39,546 bases of DNA from an uncultured Phascolarctobacterium sp. (GCA_964595445.1 CAZQQK010000002.1:1-39546); one strand, 5' to 3'. Positions 18,857-29,342 are shown, numbered from the stretch's first letter. The notes: generated from the sequence alone by a model not told the origin. Translations and numbers: made by a program.

Positions 18857-18930
18857 TTTAATTTCAGCTTAATTTCATTTAAAGATGATTTTCAGCAGGA
18901 CAAAAATAAGCTTGTCATGTTGATTATAAT
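18857..18930 (+). promoter_or_regulatory. Internal promoter region for lpxA with an 11 bp-period direct repeat
   Basis: TTTAAT-N5-CTTAAT (18857-18873) upstream of TATAAT (18925-18930), which lacks a correctly spaced -35. Confidence 0.4.
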
Positions 18931-18984
18931 ATTATATTTGTATTTAATTGCTTGATTAATATCTTAACTTGGGGAGTGAAAATA

Positions 18985-19791
18985 ATGTCTTCAATTATAA
19001 TGCCGTCCAGCGGCATTCATCCAACAGCGGTTATTCATCCAAATGCTGTAATAGGCAAGGATGTTACTGTTGGACCTTATGCTGTGATTGATGAAAACAC
19101 AGAAGTTGGTGATGGCTGTGTTGTAGGTGCTCATGTAACTATTCATCCATATACTAAAGTTGGTAAAAACTGTAAGTTTTTTCCTGGCTGTTCTATTGGT
19201 GCAGCTCCTCAGGATTTAAAGTTTGTAGGAGAAAAGACAACTACTGTTATTGGTGATGGTGGAACTTTCCGCGAATGTTGTACAGTAAACAGAGCTGTAG
19301 GGGAAGGAAATGAAACGCGTATAGGAAATAATATTTTAATGATGGCTTATACGCACGTTGCTCATAACTGTATTGTGGGCAATAATGTTATTATGTCTAA
19401 CGTAGCAACCTTGGCTGGTCATGTCATTGTTGAAGATAGAGCGGTTATTGGTGGTTTATCTGCCATTCATCAGTTCTGCAAAATTGGACGTAATGTTATG
19501 ATTGGTGGCATGGCACGTGTAAATCAGGATATTCCTCCGTTTATGATTTGCGCTGGCGATCCAGCTTTCGTATCTGGCTTAAACAGTGTTGGTTTGTCAC
19601 GTGCAGGTATGCCGGTAGAGGAACGCAGTGAGCTGAAAAAAGCATTTCGTATACTTTATCGCAGCGGTTTGCCTTTGCAGGAGGCTATCAGTACAATGGA
19701 ACAGGAGCTGAACAGCTGCGAGCCTATAGAGCATTTACTGCGGTTCCTGCGTAATGTAGAGCGCGGTATTATTCGTACTCGCAGAGGCTGA
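18985..19791 (+). CDS. lpxA: UDP-GlcNAc O-acyltransferase
   Basis: IHPTAVIHP, PQDLKF, HVAHNC, LAGHV, IHQFCKIG, GLNSVGL; ATG 18985 follows GGGGAG. Confidence 0.96.
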   Translation: MSSIIMPSSGIHPTAVIHPNAVIGKDVTVGPYAVIDENTEVGDGCVVGAHVTIHPYTKVGKNCKFFPGCSIGAAPQDLKFVGEKTTTVIGDGGTFRECCTVNRAVGEGNETRIGNNILMMAYTHVAHNCIVGNNVIMSNVATLAGHVIVEDRAVIGGLSAIHQFCKIGRNVMIGGMARVNQDIPPFMICAGDPAFVSGLNSVGLSRAGMPVEERSELKKAFRILYRSGLPLQEAISTMEQELNSCEPIEHLLRFLRNVERGIIRTRRG

Positions 19792-19795
19792 TGTT

Positions 19796-20602
19796 ATGGA
19801 AGTATTGGGTGTACTTTCAGGCGTAGGACATTTGCCGGTAGATGTAGCACGTTCTGCTAAAGCACAGGGATATCAGGTTGTTGCTGTAGGTGTTGTTCCT
19901 GGTATTGACGAGGAATTACCAGCAAGTGCAGATGTTTATTATGATATCAATATCGGAAAAATAGGTAAGATTATATCTGTACTGAAAAAAAATAAGGTTA
20001 CTAAAGTTACCATGATTGGTAAGGTGACAAAAGAAGTATTATATAAGGCTGGTGCTATTGTTCCAGATTTGCGGGCAATTAAAATTTTAGCAACAGTTCC
20101 AGACCGTAAAGATGATACTATAATGAATGCTATTGTTAAAGAGCTGGAAAGCGAAGGCATAGAGGTCATGGATCAAACATTGTTCATAAAGCCGCTTTTG
20201 CCCAAACCTGGCGTTTTGACTAAGCGTAAACCTACTGAAGCAGAATTAGCGGATATGGAATTTGGTTTTGAAATGGCTAAAGCTATTGGTGGGTTGGATA
20301 TAGGACAGACGGTTGTTGTTAAAAATCGTGCGGTGATGGCTGTAGAGGCTATTGAAGGTACAGATGCCTGCATCCTGCGAGGCGGTTATTTAGGTAAGGG
20401 CGGCGTTATTGTAGCAAAGGCTGCTAAACCGGCGCAGGATCAACGGTTTGATATACCGGGATTTGGAACAAAAACTCTTGAATCAATGATTTATGCAGGT
20501 GCTACTGGAATTGTTATTGAAGCAGGAAACACACTTATTACGGAGCGTGAAAAAACTATTGCTCTGGCAGATGAACATGATATAACCATTCTTGTTAAAT
20601 AA
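19796..20602 (+). CDS. lpxI: UDP-2,3-diacylglucosamine hydrolase LpxI
   Basis: LDIGQTVVV, AVEAIEGTDACILR, KPAQDQRFDIP; between lpxA and lpxB. Confidence 0.94.
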   Translation: MEVLGVLSGVGHLPVDVARSAKAQGYQVVAVGVVPGIDEELPASADVYYDINIGKIGKIISVLKKNKVTKVTMIGKVTKEVLYKAGAIVPDLRAIKILATVPDRKDDTIMNAIVKELESEGIEVMDQTLFIKPLLPKPGVLTKRKPTEAELADMEFGFEMAKAIGGLDIGQTVVVKNRAVMAVEAIEGTDACILRGGYLGKGGVIVAKAAKPAQDQRFDIPGFGTKTLESMIYAGATGIVIEAGNTLITEREKTIALADEHDITILVK

Positions 20603-20627
20603 ATATCGTAAAAATTTCGTATTTATT

Positions 20628-20658
20628 AGCGGTTGACAGCTTATGTCAGCCGCTTTTT
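20628..20658 (+). terminator. Intrinsic terminator after lpxI
   Basis: AGCGGTTGACA-GCTTA-TGTCAGCCGCT followed by a T-run. Confidence 0.8.
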
Positions 20659-20659
20659 G

Positions 20660-20668
20660 TGTTATAAT
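20660..20668 (+). promoter_or_regulatory. Extended -10 promoter candidate for lpxB and downstream genes
   Basis: TGtTATAAT directly after the terminator, 38 nt before the lpxB ATG. Confidence 0.55.
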
Positions 20669-20706
20669 ATAAACTGAATATATGTAGGTAAAATTAAGGA
20701 GATATT

Positions 20707-21843
20707 ATGGCAAGAATTTTAATATCTGCCGGAGAAGCATCTGGGGATATACATGCAGCTGCTGTTACGGCCGCTATAAAAAAAATAGATAGTGACACTG
20801 AGGTCTTTGGTATGGGTGGTGACGCTCTGCGTGCAGCTGGAGGAGAAGTGTTGTGGGATATTAAAGATCATGGAGTAATGGGCTTTGTTGAAGTTATTCG
20901 CAAATTACCAGATTTATTTCGCCTGCGTGCCGATTTTGCACGTATTATGGATGAACGCAGACCTGATTGCTTAGTGATTGTTGATTATCCGGGATTTAAT
21001 ATGAAATTAGCTAAACTGGCGCATGATAAGGGGATACCTGTTGTGTCTTATATTGCCCCATCTGCTTGGGCTTGGAATAAGGGACGTGCGAAGAACGTGG
21101 CAAAGCTTGTAAATAAGGTTGCCTGCATTTTTCCGTTTGAATACGATGTTTATAAAGAAGCTGGAGCCCCGGTAGAATTTGTCGGACACCCTTTGCTGGA
21201 TATTGTTCATCCGTCTATGACCCGCAGTGAAGCAGAAGTATGGATAGGTAAACAGCCTGATAAAAAGCTTATCTTGTTGATGCCTGGCAGTAGGCTTATG
21301 GAGATAGAAAAAATGCTGCCTACTTTGCTTTTGGGAGCTAAGGAGTTAAAGAAAAAGTTCCCTGATGTACAGTTTGTTATGCCTCGTGCAGGTACGATTC
21401 CACTTTCAATGTTAGAGGAAAAAATTGCTGTTTCTGGGTTGGATGTAAAAATTACTGAGGGTAACAATTATGATTTGTTCAGTGTGGCTGATTTGGCATT
21501 AGCTACCAGCGGTACTGTTACGTTGGAAGCAGCTCTGTGTGGACTTGGCAGTGTTATAGTATATAAAACATCGGCGTTGAATGCTTTTATTGCTCGTCTT
21601 GTTATAAATATTCCTAATATAGGTCTGCCGAATATTGTTGCAGGCAAAACTATTATGCCGGAGCTGCTGCAAGAAGATTTCACCCCTGAAAAATTAGCTG
21701 CAGCAGCAGTTGCACTGCTTCAACCAGAGCGGCAGAAACAGCTTAAAGAAGATTTGCTTTATATGAAGCAGAGATTAGGTGAACCAGGAGCTGTGAAACG
21801 TGTAGCAGAATTAATTCTAAAGATAGCTGAGGAGAAAAGATGA
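20707..21843 (+). CDS. lpxB: Lipid-A-disaccharide synthase
   Basis: AGEASGDIH, VDYPGFN, PSAWAW, FVGHPL, PGSR, SGTVTLEAAL, IGLPNI. Confidence 0.97.
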   Translation: MARILISAGEASGDIHAAAVTAAIKKIDSDTEVFGMGGDALRAAGGEVLWDIKDHGVMGFVEVIRKLPDLFRLRADFARIMDERRPDCLVIVDYPGFNMKLAKLAHDKGIPVVSYIAPSAWAWNKGRAKNVAKLVNKVACIFPFEYDVYKEAGAPVEFVGHPLLDIVHPSMTRSEAEVWIGKQPDKKLILLMPGSRLMEIEKMLPTLLLGAKELKKKFPDVQFVMPRAGTIPLSMLEEKIAVSGLDVKITEGNNYDLFSVADLALATSGTVTLEAALCGLGSVIVYKTSALNAFIARLVINIPNIGLPNIVAGKTIMPELLQEDFTPEKLAAAAVALLQPERQKQLKEDLLYMKQRLGEPGAVKRVAELILKIAEEKR

Positions 21844-23573
21844 ATTTATATCTTCGTGCATTAAAATATGTAAAACCTTATATAAAGCGGGGCATTCTTG
21901 CTGGTATCTGTACAGTTATTGCTGCTGGAGGTACTGCTTATCTGCCATTTGTTATCAAAGATATGGTAGACCAAGTTTTAAGTGAAAAAGATACTGTAAT
22001 GCTTAACTATATAGTTATCAGTATTATAGTTGTATTTGTTATTCGCGGTATTGCTTATTATGGACAAAGTTATTTGATGAATTATGTAGGACAGCGAGTA
22101 ATTATAGATATCCGCAGAGCTGTATTTGAAAAATTACAGCGACTCAGCCTTAGCTTTTATGACAAACATAAAACTGGTACAATCATGAGTTATGTTACCA
22201 ATGACGTAGGTGCTTTACAGTCAGCGATGGTTGATAATGTAGTAGAGATGATTACTGAAAGTGTTATTCTTATAGCATCCATTGTTATGATGCTTTATTT
22301 GGATTGGAAATTATTTTTAGTAACTTTTTCTACATTCCCTATAGTATTGTGGTTTATTGACACTTTTGGCAAGCGGATTCGTAAATCAGGCAGTCGTATT
22401 CAGGAAGCTACGGCAGATATTACGTCGGTATTGCAGGAAGTTGCTTCTTCACCGCGAGTAATTAAATCTTTTGTGCGTGAAGGCTATGAAATTGAACGTT
22501 TTAACAAAGAGAATATAAATAATTTTCATGCTAATATGAAATATGCACAGCTTTCATCTACGCTAACACCGACTATCGAATTTGTGGCAGCTGTAGGTGT
22601 ATCTATTATTTTGTGGTATGGCGGCAATAGTGTTATAGACGGAACTATTACTGCAGGTTCTTTGGTTGCATTTTTGACATATGCTGTTAATATTTCTAAT
22701 CCTATTAAACGTTTAAGCCGTGTAATAGGCAACATTCAGAAAGCTTTGGCTGCTGCACAGCGTGTTTTCGGCGTATTAGATTTGCCTGAGAGAATTAAGG
22801 ATGCCCCTGATGCTAAAGTTTTACCTCCAGTAAAAGGTGATGTACAGTTTAAAAATGTTTCCTTTGCTTATAATTCTGGTGAAGAAGTTTTAAATAATAT
22901 TTCTTTTGATGTAAAACCTGGAGAAGTAATTGCATTTGTTGGACCTTCTGGTGCCGGAAAATCTACTGTTGCAAGCTTACTGCCTCGTTTTTATGATGTT
23001 ACTGACGGAAGTATTACTATTGACGGACATGATATTAGAAATGTTACCTTGAATTCTTTGCGTGAGCAGGTTGGTATTGTGCCGCAGGAAACAGTACTTT
23101 TTAATGGTACAGTTTATGATAATATTCTTTATGGACGTTTGGATGCTACTCCTGAAGAAGTTGAAGCAGCAGCAAAAGCTGCCAATGCACATGACTTTAT
23201 TATGGGATTGCCAGATGGTTATAATACTATGCTTGGTGACAGAGGCGTAAATATTTCTGGTGGACAGCGTCAGCGTATTTCTATTTCCCGGGCAATACTT
23301 AAAAATCCTCAAATTCTTATTTTGGATGAAGCAACATCTGCTCTGGATACTGAAAGTGAACGTGTTGTACAGGAGGCTCTGAATCGTTTGATGGTAGGAC
23401 GTACCTCCTTTGTTATTGCTCATAGACTTTCCACAATTAAAAATGCTGATAAAATTATGGTATTGGAAAAAGGCAGATTAGTAGAGCAGGGAAATCATGA
23501 CGAATTGATGGCTGCTGATGGTTTGTATGCACATCTATATAAAATTCAGTATCGTGGAAAAGAAGCCAAATAA
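21840..23573 (+). CDS. msbA: Lipid A export ABC transporter MsbA
   Basis: 6-TM domain fused to an NBD (GPSGAGKST, ISGGQRQR, ILDEATSALD); ATGA overlap with lpxB. Confidence 0.9.
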   Translation: MNLYLRALKYVKPYIKRGILAGICTVIAAGGTAYLPFVIKDMVDQVLSEKDTVMLNYIVISIIVVFVIRGIAYYGQSYLMNYVGQRVIIDIRRAVFEKLQRLSLSFYDKHKTGTIMSYVTNDVGALQSAMVDNVVEMITESVILIASIVMMLYLDWKLFLVTFSTFPIVLWFIDTFGKRIRKSGSRIQEATADITSVLQEVASSPRVIKSFVREGYEIERFNKENINNFHANMKYAQLSSTLTPTIEFVAAVGVSIILWYGGNSVIDGTITAGSLVAFLTYAVNISNPIKRLSRVIGNIQKALAAAQRVFGVLDLPERIKDAPDAKVLPPVKGDVQFKNVSFAYNSGEEVLNNISFDVKPGEVIAFVGPSGAGKSTVASLLPRFYDVTDGSITIDGHDIRNVTLNSLREQVGIVPQETVLFNGTVYDNILYGRLDATPEEVEAAAKAANAHDFIMGLPDGYNTMLGDRGVNISGGQRQRISISRAILKNPQILILDEATSALDTESERVVQEALNRLMVGRTSFVIAHRLSTIKNADKIMVLEKGRLVEQGNHDELMAADGLYAHLYKIQYRGKEAK

Positions 23574-23592
23574 GGCGAAAAGAGGTTAATGC

Positions 23593-26124
23593 ATGTATAT
23601 TTTGTATAATATTCTTATTTTAATAGTATTGGTGATTTTTATTATTCCATACTATACATATCGCCTGTTTACAGAAAAAGGCTTTGGCCTGCGTTTTAAA
23701 CAGAGTTTAGGTTGTGTAGATGAAAAAGAAATTGCCAAGGTTATGAGAAAGGACTGTATTTGGATTCATGGAGCTTCTGTTGGTGAAATTGTAGCAACCA
23801 GTCCTTTGGTTAAGCAAATACGTAAGGAAATGCCGGAAAGACCGATATTGGTATCTGCATTTACTGTAGGCGGCTATAATATGGCTAAACAGATTATTCC
23901 TGAAGCAGATGCGATTATTTATTTTCCTTTAGATTTGCCGTTTGTGGCAGAATCCTTGGTTAAACGTATTCATCCAGGAGTTTTTATGCCAGTGGAAACA
24001 GAACTTTGGCCTAATTTTTTGCGCGCAAGTCGTGAACGTCATATTCCTGTAATGATGGTAAATGGACGTATTTCGGAAAAGTCTGTGAAAAATTATAGAT
24101 ATCTTTACGGTATATGGGATGATATGCTTAATACAGTAACTCGTTTCTGCATGCAGTCTAGTATTGATGCTGATTATATTGCACATCTTGGTGCAGACAG
24201 AAGTAAAATTTTTGTTACTGGTAATACAAAGTTTGATCAGACTTATGCTGAAGTTACGCCTGAAGATTTAGCAAAATATCGGTTAGAATTAGGTTTAGCT
24301 AATGACTATCCAGTAATTGTTGCAGGGTCTACACATCCTGGAGAAGAAAAAATATTACTGGAAGCTTTCAAAAACATTCGCAGGGAATATCCTCAGGCAA
24401 GACTGGTGATTGCTCCACGTAAAACTGCTCGAGCTGAAGAAATTGCTAAACTTGCAAGTCATTATGGCTATGAAACAGGTTTCCGTTCTAAAATGTTGGA
24501 GCAGGAAGAACTGCGTAAAGAATATCCATTGCTTATTATTGACACAATAGGTGAATTGGGGCGTATTTATGCAGTAGGTGATGTGGTTTTTGTCGGTGGT
24601 TCTTTCAGTAATACAGGCGGACATAACGTGCTCGAACCTGCTGCTCATGCCAAACCTATTATTGTTGGGCCCAGTATGCAGAATTTTAAGGATTCTTATG
24701 CACTTTTAAGTAAGGTTAAAGCGTGCAAAATGGTAAACAGCACTGCTGAACTGACAGCTGAAATGCTGGATATCATTAAAAACGATGAGCGCAGAGTGCA
24801 GATGGGCACAGCTTCGTTACAGGTAATAAAAGAAAATCGCGGTGCGGATGTACGCAGTATTCGTTATCTTAAGGAATTACTTGAACTTACTGCTGTACCA
24901 GCACATGAATATAAAAAATATCCTATCAATACACGCAATTTGACTGATGAAGGCGGGGCACGCTTGCGCCATGGAGATGCTGTGATTCAATATATTATGC
25001 AGGTGGCTTACGGTCCTGATACTCCGTTTATGGGATGGTTGCTTTTAGCTTTGCTGAGAGGAATGTCTTATTTGTATGAATTTGGCGTTTGCTGTAAGCT
25101 TTCTCTGTATAATTCGGGAATTTTACGAAAAGAAAAGCTGGACTGCTGTGTTATTTCTATTGGTAACATTACTGTAGGTGGTACAGGAAAAACACCAACG
25201 GCTCAAAAAATGGCAGCTATTATTAAAGCTTTGGGTTATCGTGTTGTTATTCTTAATCGTGGTTATCGTTCTCATTGGGATAAAGAATTAGGAGTTGTTT
25301 CTGACGGTAATAAAATTTTTATGACTGCTTATGAAGCTGGTGACGAAGCTTATTTGATGGCTAAAACACTTCCTGGAATACCTGTTATTATTGGTAAAAA
25401 TCGTGCGGTGACAGGGCGTTATGCTGTAGAAAAAATGAATGCTGAGGTAATTATTATGGATGATGGTTATCAGCATTGGCAGTTAGAACGCGATTTGGAC
25501 GTAGTGCTTGTGGATACGTTAAATATGTTTGGCAATGGAAGTGTTCTGCCGCGCGGAACACTTAGAGAACCTTTGCAGAATTTGGCACGCGGTGATTTGT
25601 TTTTGCTGACTAAAACAGATCAGAGCAGCAAGCTCAGTCGTATGCAGCTGCGTCATACTATTGCAAAATATAATAATAAGGCACCTGTTGTAGAGAGTAT
25701 TCATCATCCGAAAAATTTTGTGGAAATTGCAGATTGGTATAAAGGAATTTCTGAAAATATTAAAGATCTTGATGAATTGAAGGGGAAAAATGTTATGGTC
25801 TTTTCAGCTATTGGCAATCCTTCTTCTTTTGAACAGACATTGTCCAGTATAGGTTTGAATATTATGGAAGCTGTTCGCTATCCTGATCATCATGATTATG
25901 GAATGTTGGAAATGCAGTATATTAATGAACGTGCCAGCAGTCTTAAGGCTGTAGCAATGATTACTACTGCTAAGGATGCAGTTAAGATTCCTACAGAATT
26001 TATTTATTCTGCTCGTGAAATACCGTTATATATTTTGAACATGGATATATGTATCACTGAGGGGATGGATAAGTTCAGAGAATATATTGACCATGCCATA
26101 AAAAAGGAGCTTGATAAACGATGA
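23593..26124 (+). CDS. waaA-lpxK: Bifunctional Kdo transferase / tetraacyldisaccharide 4'-kinase (WaaA-LpxK fusion)
   Basis: N-half WaaA motifs WIHGASVGE, ETELWPN, VTGNTKFD, AGSTHPGEE, GGHNVLEPA; C-half LpxK motifs IGNITVGGTGKTP, GDEA, DDGYQH, LPRGTLREP, YPDHHDY, TTAKDAVK; one uninterrupted ORF. Confidence 0.93.
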   Translation: MYILYNILILIVLVIFIIPYYTYRLFTEKGFGLRFKQSLGCVDEKEIAKVMRKDCIWIHGASVGEIVATSPLVKQIRKEMPERPILVSAFTVGGYNMAKQIIPEADAIIYFPLDLPFVAESLVKRIHPGVFMPVETELWPNFLRASRERHIPVMMVNGRISEKSVKNYRYLYGIWDDMLNTVTRFCMQSSIDADYIAHLGADRSKIFVTGNTKFDQTYAEVTPEDLAKYRLELGLANDYPVIVAGSTHPGEEKILLEAFKNIRREYPQARLVIAPRKTARAEEIAKLASHYGYETGFRSKMLEQEELRKEYPLLIIDTIGELGRIYAVGDVVFVGGSFSNTGGHNVLEPAAHAKPIIVGPSMQNFKDSYALLSKVKACKMVNSTAELTAEMLDIIKNDERRVQMGTASLQVIKENRGADVRSIRYLKELLELTAVPAHEYKKYPINTRNLTDEGGARLRHGDAVIQYIMQVAYGPDTPFMGWLLLALLRGMSYLYEFGVCCKLSLYNSGILRKEKLDCCVISIGNITVGGTGKTPTAQKMAAIIKALGYRVVILNRGYRSHWDKELGVVSDGNKIFMTAYEAGDEAYLMAKTLPGIPVIIGKNRAVTGRYAVEKMNAEVIIMDDGYQHWQLERDLDVVLVDTLNMFGNGSVLPRGTLREPLQNLARGDLFLLTKTDQSSKLSRMQLRHTIAKYNNKAPVVESIHHPKNFVEIADWYKGISENIKDLDELKGKNVMVFSAIGNPSSFEQTLSSIGLNIMEAVRYPDHHDYGMLEMQYINERASSLKAVAMITTAKDAVKIPTEFIYSAREIPLYILNMDICITEGMDKFREYIDHAIKKELDKR

Positions 26125-26855
26125 AAGTTTTGTGTGTTATTCCTGCGCGTTATGCTTCTACTCGTTTGCCTGGTAAGCCACTTTCCTTGATTGCCGGTAA
26201 ACCGATGATTCAGCATGTTTATGAACGTGCAACTCAGGCAAAAGTACCTAATGAAGTAGTTGTAGCAACTGATAATGAGCTTGTTGAAAAGGCAGTTATA
26301 GCTTTTGGCGGAAAAGCAATGATGACTTCTCCAGATCATCCAAGCGGAACTGATCGTTTGGCAGAGGTAGCATTAAACTATCCTGAGATTGACGTTATCG
26401 TCAATGTTCAGGGTGATGAACCTATGATTCCTCCAGAAGTAATAGATCGTTTGGCAGCGTGCTTTGAAAATGATGAAGAACTGCAAATGGCAACTTTGAA
26501 AGTAGCCATGAATGAAGAAGATTATGATAATCCAGCGGCGGTGAAGGTTGTTACAGATCTTAATGGATATGCACTGTACTTTTCTCGCAGCTTAATGCCT
26601 TATCCCCGTAACAAGCCGGAAAATTATGCGGTTTATAAACACGTAGGTATATATGCTTATCGTCGCAGTTTTCTGTTGAAATATGCAGCGCTGCAGCCTA
26701 CACCTTTGGAAAGAGCCGAAAGTTTGGAGCAGCTTAGAGCTTTAGAGAATGGCTATAAGATTAAAGTTTTGGAAAGCGATTTTCAAGGTATAGGTGTTGA
26801 TACTCCGGAAGATTTGGCAGCAGTGAATGAATTATTTGCTAAAATGAAAAAATAA
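26121..26855 (+). CDS. kdsB: CMP-Kdo synthetase
   Basis: [44 protein letters not shown]. Confidence 0.97.
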   Translation: MKVLCVIPARYASTRLPGKPLSLIAGKPMIQHVYERATQAKVPNEVVVATDNELVEKAVIAFGGKAMMTSPDHPSGTDRLAEVALNYPEIDVIVNVQGDEPMIPPEVIDRLAACFENDEELQMATLKVAMNEEDYDNPAAVKVVTDLNGYALYFSRSLMPYPRNKPENYAVYKHVGIYAYRRSFLLKYAALQPTPLERAESLEQLRALENGYKIKVLESDFQGIGVDTPEDLAAVNELFAKMKK

Positions 26856-26869
26856 GCAGGAGGCAGGTT

Positions 26870-27688
26870 ATGCAGATTGTAAAAGTTGGAAAATATAAAG
26901 TTGGACAGGGTCATCCTCTTATGCTTATGGCTGGGCCTTGTGTTTTAGAAGGTTATGAACGCAGTTTAATGATTGGTCAGCGTACTAAAGCTATTTGTGA
27001 AAAGCTGGGTATTCCTTATGTATTCAAGGCATCATTTGATAAAGCTAATAGATCTTCCTATAATTCTTTTAGAGGACCTGGAATAGATGAAGGACTTAAA
27101 CTTTTGGCACAGATAAGAAAAGATTTGGATGTGCCGGTTGTTACAGATATTCATGAACCTTGGCAAGCAGAAAAAGCTGCTGAAGTCGCAGATATTTTGC
27201 AGATACCAGCTTTTCTGTGCCGTCAGACAGATTTGGTTTATGCGGCAGCTAAAACAGGAAAAACTGTTAACGTTAAAAAAGGACAATTTCTTGCTCCGTG
27301 GGATATGAAGAATGTTGTAAAAAAAGTTGAGGAAGCAGGTAATAATAATTTGCTTTTGACAGAGAGAGGAGCAAGCTTTGGTTATAATACACTGGTAACT
27401 GATATGCGTGGTTTAGCAATTATGCGGGAACTTGGTTATCCAGTAGTTATGGATGCTACACATAGTGTACAGATTCCAGGTGGTCAAGGTACATCCAGCG
27501 GTGGTCAAAGTCAATATGTACCGCATATGGCACGTGCAGCAGCAGCAGTAGGCATAGATGCTCTGTTTTTAGAGGTACATGATAATCCTGCTGAAGCACT
27601 TAGCGATGGACCTAATATGGTAAAACTGGACAATTTGGAAAAGTTGCTGACAGATGTGTTGGCGATTGATAAAATTGTTCGTGGTTAA
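26870..27688 (+). CDS. kdsA: Kdo 8-phosphate synthase
   Basis: [47 protein letters not shown]. Confidence 0.97.
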   Translation: MQIVKVGKYKVGQGHPLMLMAGPCVLEGYERSLMIGQRTKAICEKLGIPYVFKASFDKANRSSYNSFRGPGIDEGLKLLAQIRKDLDVPVVTDIHEPWQAEKAAEVADILQIPAFLCRQTDLVYAAAKTGKTVNVKKGQFLAPWDMKNVVKKVEEAGNNNLLLTERGASFGYNTLVTDMRGLAIMRELGYPVVMDATHSVQIPGGQGTSSGGQSQYVPHMARAAAAVGIDALFLEVHDNPAEALSDGPNMVKLDNLEKLLTDVLAIDKIVRG

Positions 27689-27708
27689 GAGAGAGTAAGG
27701 TGACATAG

Positions 27709-28683
27709 ATGGAGGCAATGCTGGAACATGCGCGTGAAGTGCTGCGCATGGAAGCGGAGGCTATTTTAGAGCTTGTTCCGCGTATTGATGATAACTTCGC
27801 AGCTGCTGTAAAAATGATACTTGAATGTGAAGGTCGTACTGTAATTACTGGTATGGGAAAATCTGGTCTTATTGGACGCAAGATGGCAGCAACTCTTGCT
27901 AGTACAGGTACTCCTTCGTTTTATCTACATCCTGCAGAAGGTATTCATGGTGACTTGGGGATGGTTACAGAAAGCGATGTAGTTATAGCTTTGTCTAACA
28001 GTGGTGAAACAGGTGAAGTCTTAAATATTCTTCCGTCACTGCGTCGTATAGGAGCTAAAGTTATAGCTATGGTTGGCAATCCTGATTCAACATTAGGTAA
28101 AAATGCAGATGTTATATTGAATGTAGGTGTAAGCAGAGAAGCATGTCCGTTAGGTTTGGCACCAACGAGCAGTACGACAGCTGCTTTAGCTTATGGCGAT
28201 GCACTTGCATTGGCTTTGTTGAAAAAGCATAATTTTACTGCTAGTCAGTTTGCTATTTTCCATCCAGGAGGCAGTTTAGGGCGTAAGCTTTTGCTGACAG
28301 TAGGCAATATTATGCATAAGGGAAGTGAAAATCCTATAGTATTGGCAGATACTACAGTTCAGGAAGCATTGTTTATAATTACCGATAAAGGCTTAGGTGC
28401 AGTTTCTGTTGTTGATGCTAATGGTATTATGCAGGGTGTATTGACTGACGGCGATATTCGCCGTGGCTTGAGTAAGGGAGTAGATTTTCTGCAAAGTCCT
28501 GTACGTGACTTGATGACCAGAGACCCAAAAACTATAACTGAAGATAAATTGGCTGCACAGGCACTGCATATTATGGAGAGCAATAAACCGAAACCAATTA
28601 CTGTACTTCCTGTAATTGATGCTGAAAATAAAGTTATTGGTCTGCTGCATATGACTGATTTGGTGCGCCAGGGAGTAGTATAA
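27709..28683 (+). CDS. kdsD: Arabinose 5-phosphate isomerase (KpsF/GutQ, SIS + CBS)
   Basis: TGMGKSG, ASTGTP, HPAEGIHGDLG, APTSSTT, HPGGSLG, TDGDIRR. Confidence 0.95.
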   Translation: MEAMLEHAREVLRMEAEAILELVPRIDDNFAAAVKMILECEGRTVITGMGKSGLIGRKMAATLASTGTPSFYLHPAEGIHGDLGMVTESDVVIALSNSGETGEVLNILPSLRRIGAKVIAMVGNPDSTLGKNADVILNVGVSREACPLGLAPTSSTTAALAYGDALALALLKKHNFTASQFAIFHPGGSLGRKLLLTVGNIMHKGSENPIVLADTTVQEALFIITDKGLGAVSVVDANGIMQGVLTDGDIRRGLSKGVDFLQSPVRDLMTRDPKTITEDKLAAQALHIMESNKPKPITVLPVIDAENKVIGLLHMTDLVRQGVV

Positions 28684-29342
28684 TGAGCAGACATGATAAA
28701 GAATGGTTTCAGGGAATTCTTCATGGAAGAAATATTATTGAAGAAGATGCAGAAAGTGTTTTAACAGATGAAGAAGATGAAGCTATGGATGAGTTTTTTA
28801 GATATATTGATGCTTTAGCTTCTAAAATAAGATTATTAGCACTTGATGTAGATGGGGTATTAACCGATGGAACTATTTTCATAGCTGCTGATGGTGAAAT
28901 CTTTAAAGGATTTAATGCTAAAGATGGTATGGGTATCAGCTGTGCATTACGCAGCGGTATTGAAGTAGCGATAATTACTGGTCGTCATAGTGAGATTGTG
29001 CATAGACGGGCAGAAGAATTGGGAATAAAATTTGTCTTGGAGGGTATTCGTGACAAGGGAGAAGCCTTGTCTGAACTTTGCCGAAAGTTGAAAATTTCAC
29101 TTAATGAAGTTGCTTATATTGGCGATGATCTTAATGATTTGCCCGCTTTCAGCAGATGTGGATTTTCTTTGGCACCTAATGATGCAGTTTGTTCTGTCAG
29201 CGAGAAAGCAGATTGGAATTTATTGGCTGATGGCGGTCATGGGGCTGTGCGGGAAGCAGTAGAATTGATTTTAACAGCTCAAGGAAAATGGGAGGATATT
29301 GCAGAATCCTATTATGATGCTGGACAAGGAGATAGACAATAA
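28683..29342 (+). CDS. kdsC: Kdo 8-phosphate phosphatase (HAD) with an acidic N-terminal extension
   Basis: DVDGVLTDG, KDGMG, IITGR, YIGDDLND, GGHGAVRE; TAATG overlap with kdsD. Confidence 0.93.
   Translation: MSRHDKEWFQGILHGRNIIEEDAESVLTDEEDEAMDEFFRYIDALASKIRLLALDVDGVLTDGTIFIAADGEIFKGFNAKDGMGISCALRSGIEVAIITGRHSEIVHRRAEELGIKFVLEGIRDKGEALSELCRKLKISLNEVAYIGDDLNDLPAFSRCGFSLAPNDAVCSVSEKADWNLLADGGHGAVREAVELILTAQGKWEDIAESYYDAGQGDRQ

Noticed and set aside
20633-20668. TTGACA and TATAAT as a canonical -35/-10 pair before lpxB
   Set aside because: The spacer is 24 nt and the TTGACA is part of the terminator stem, so only the extended -10 was kept.
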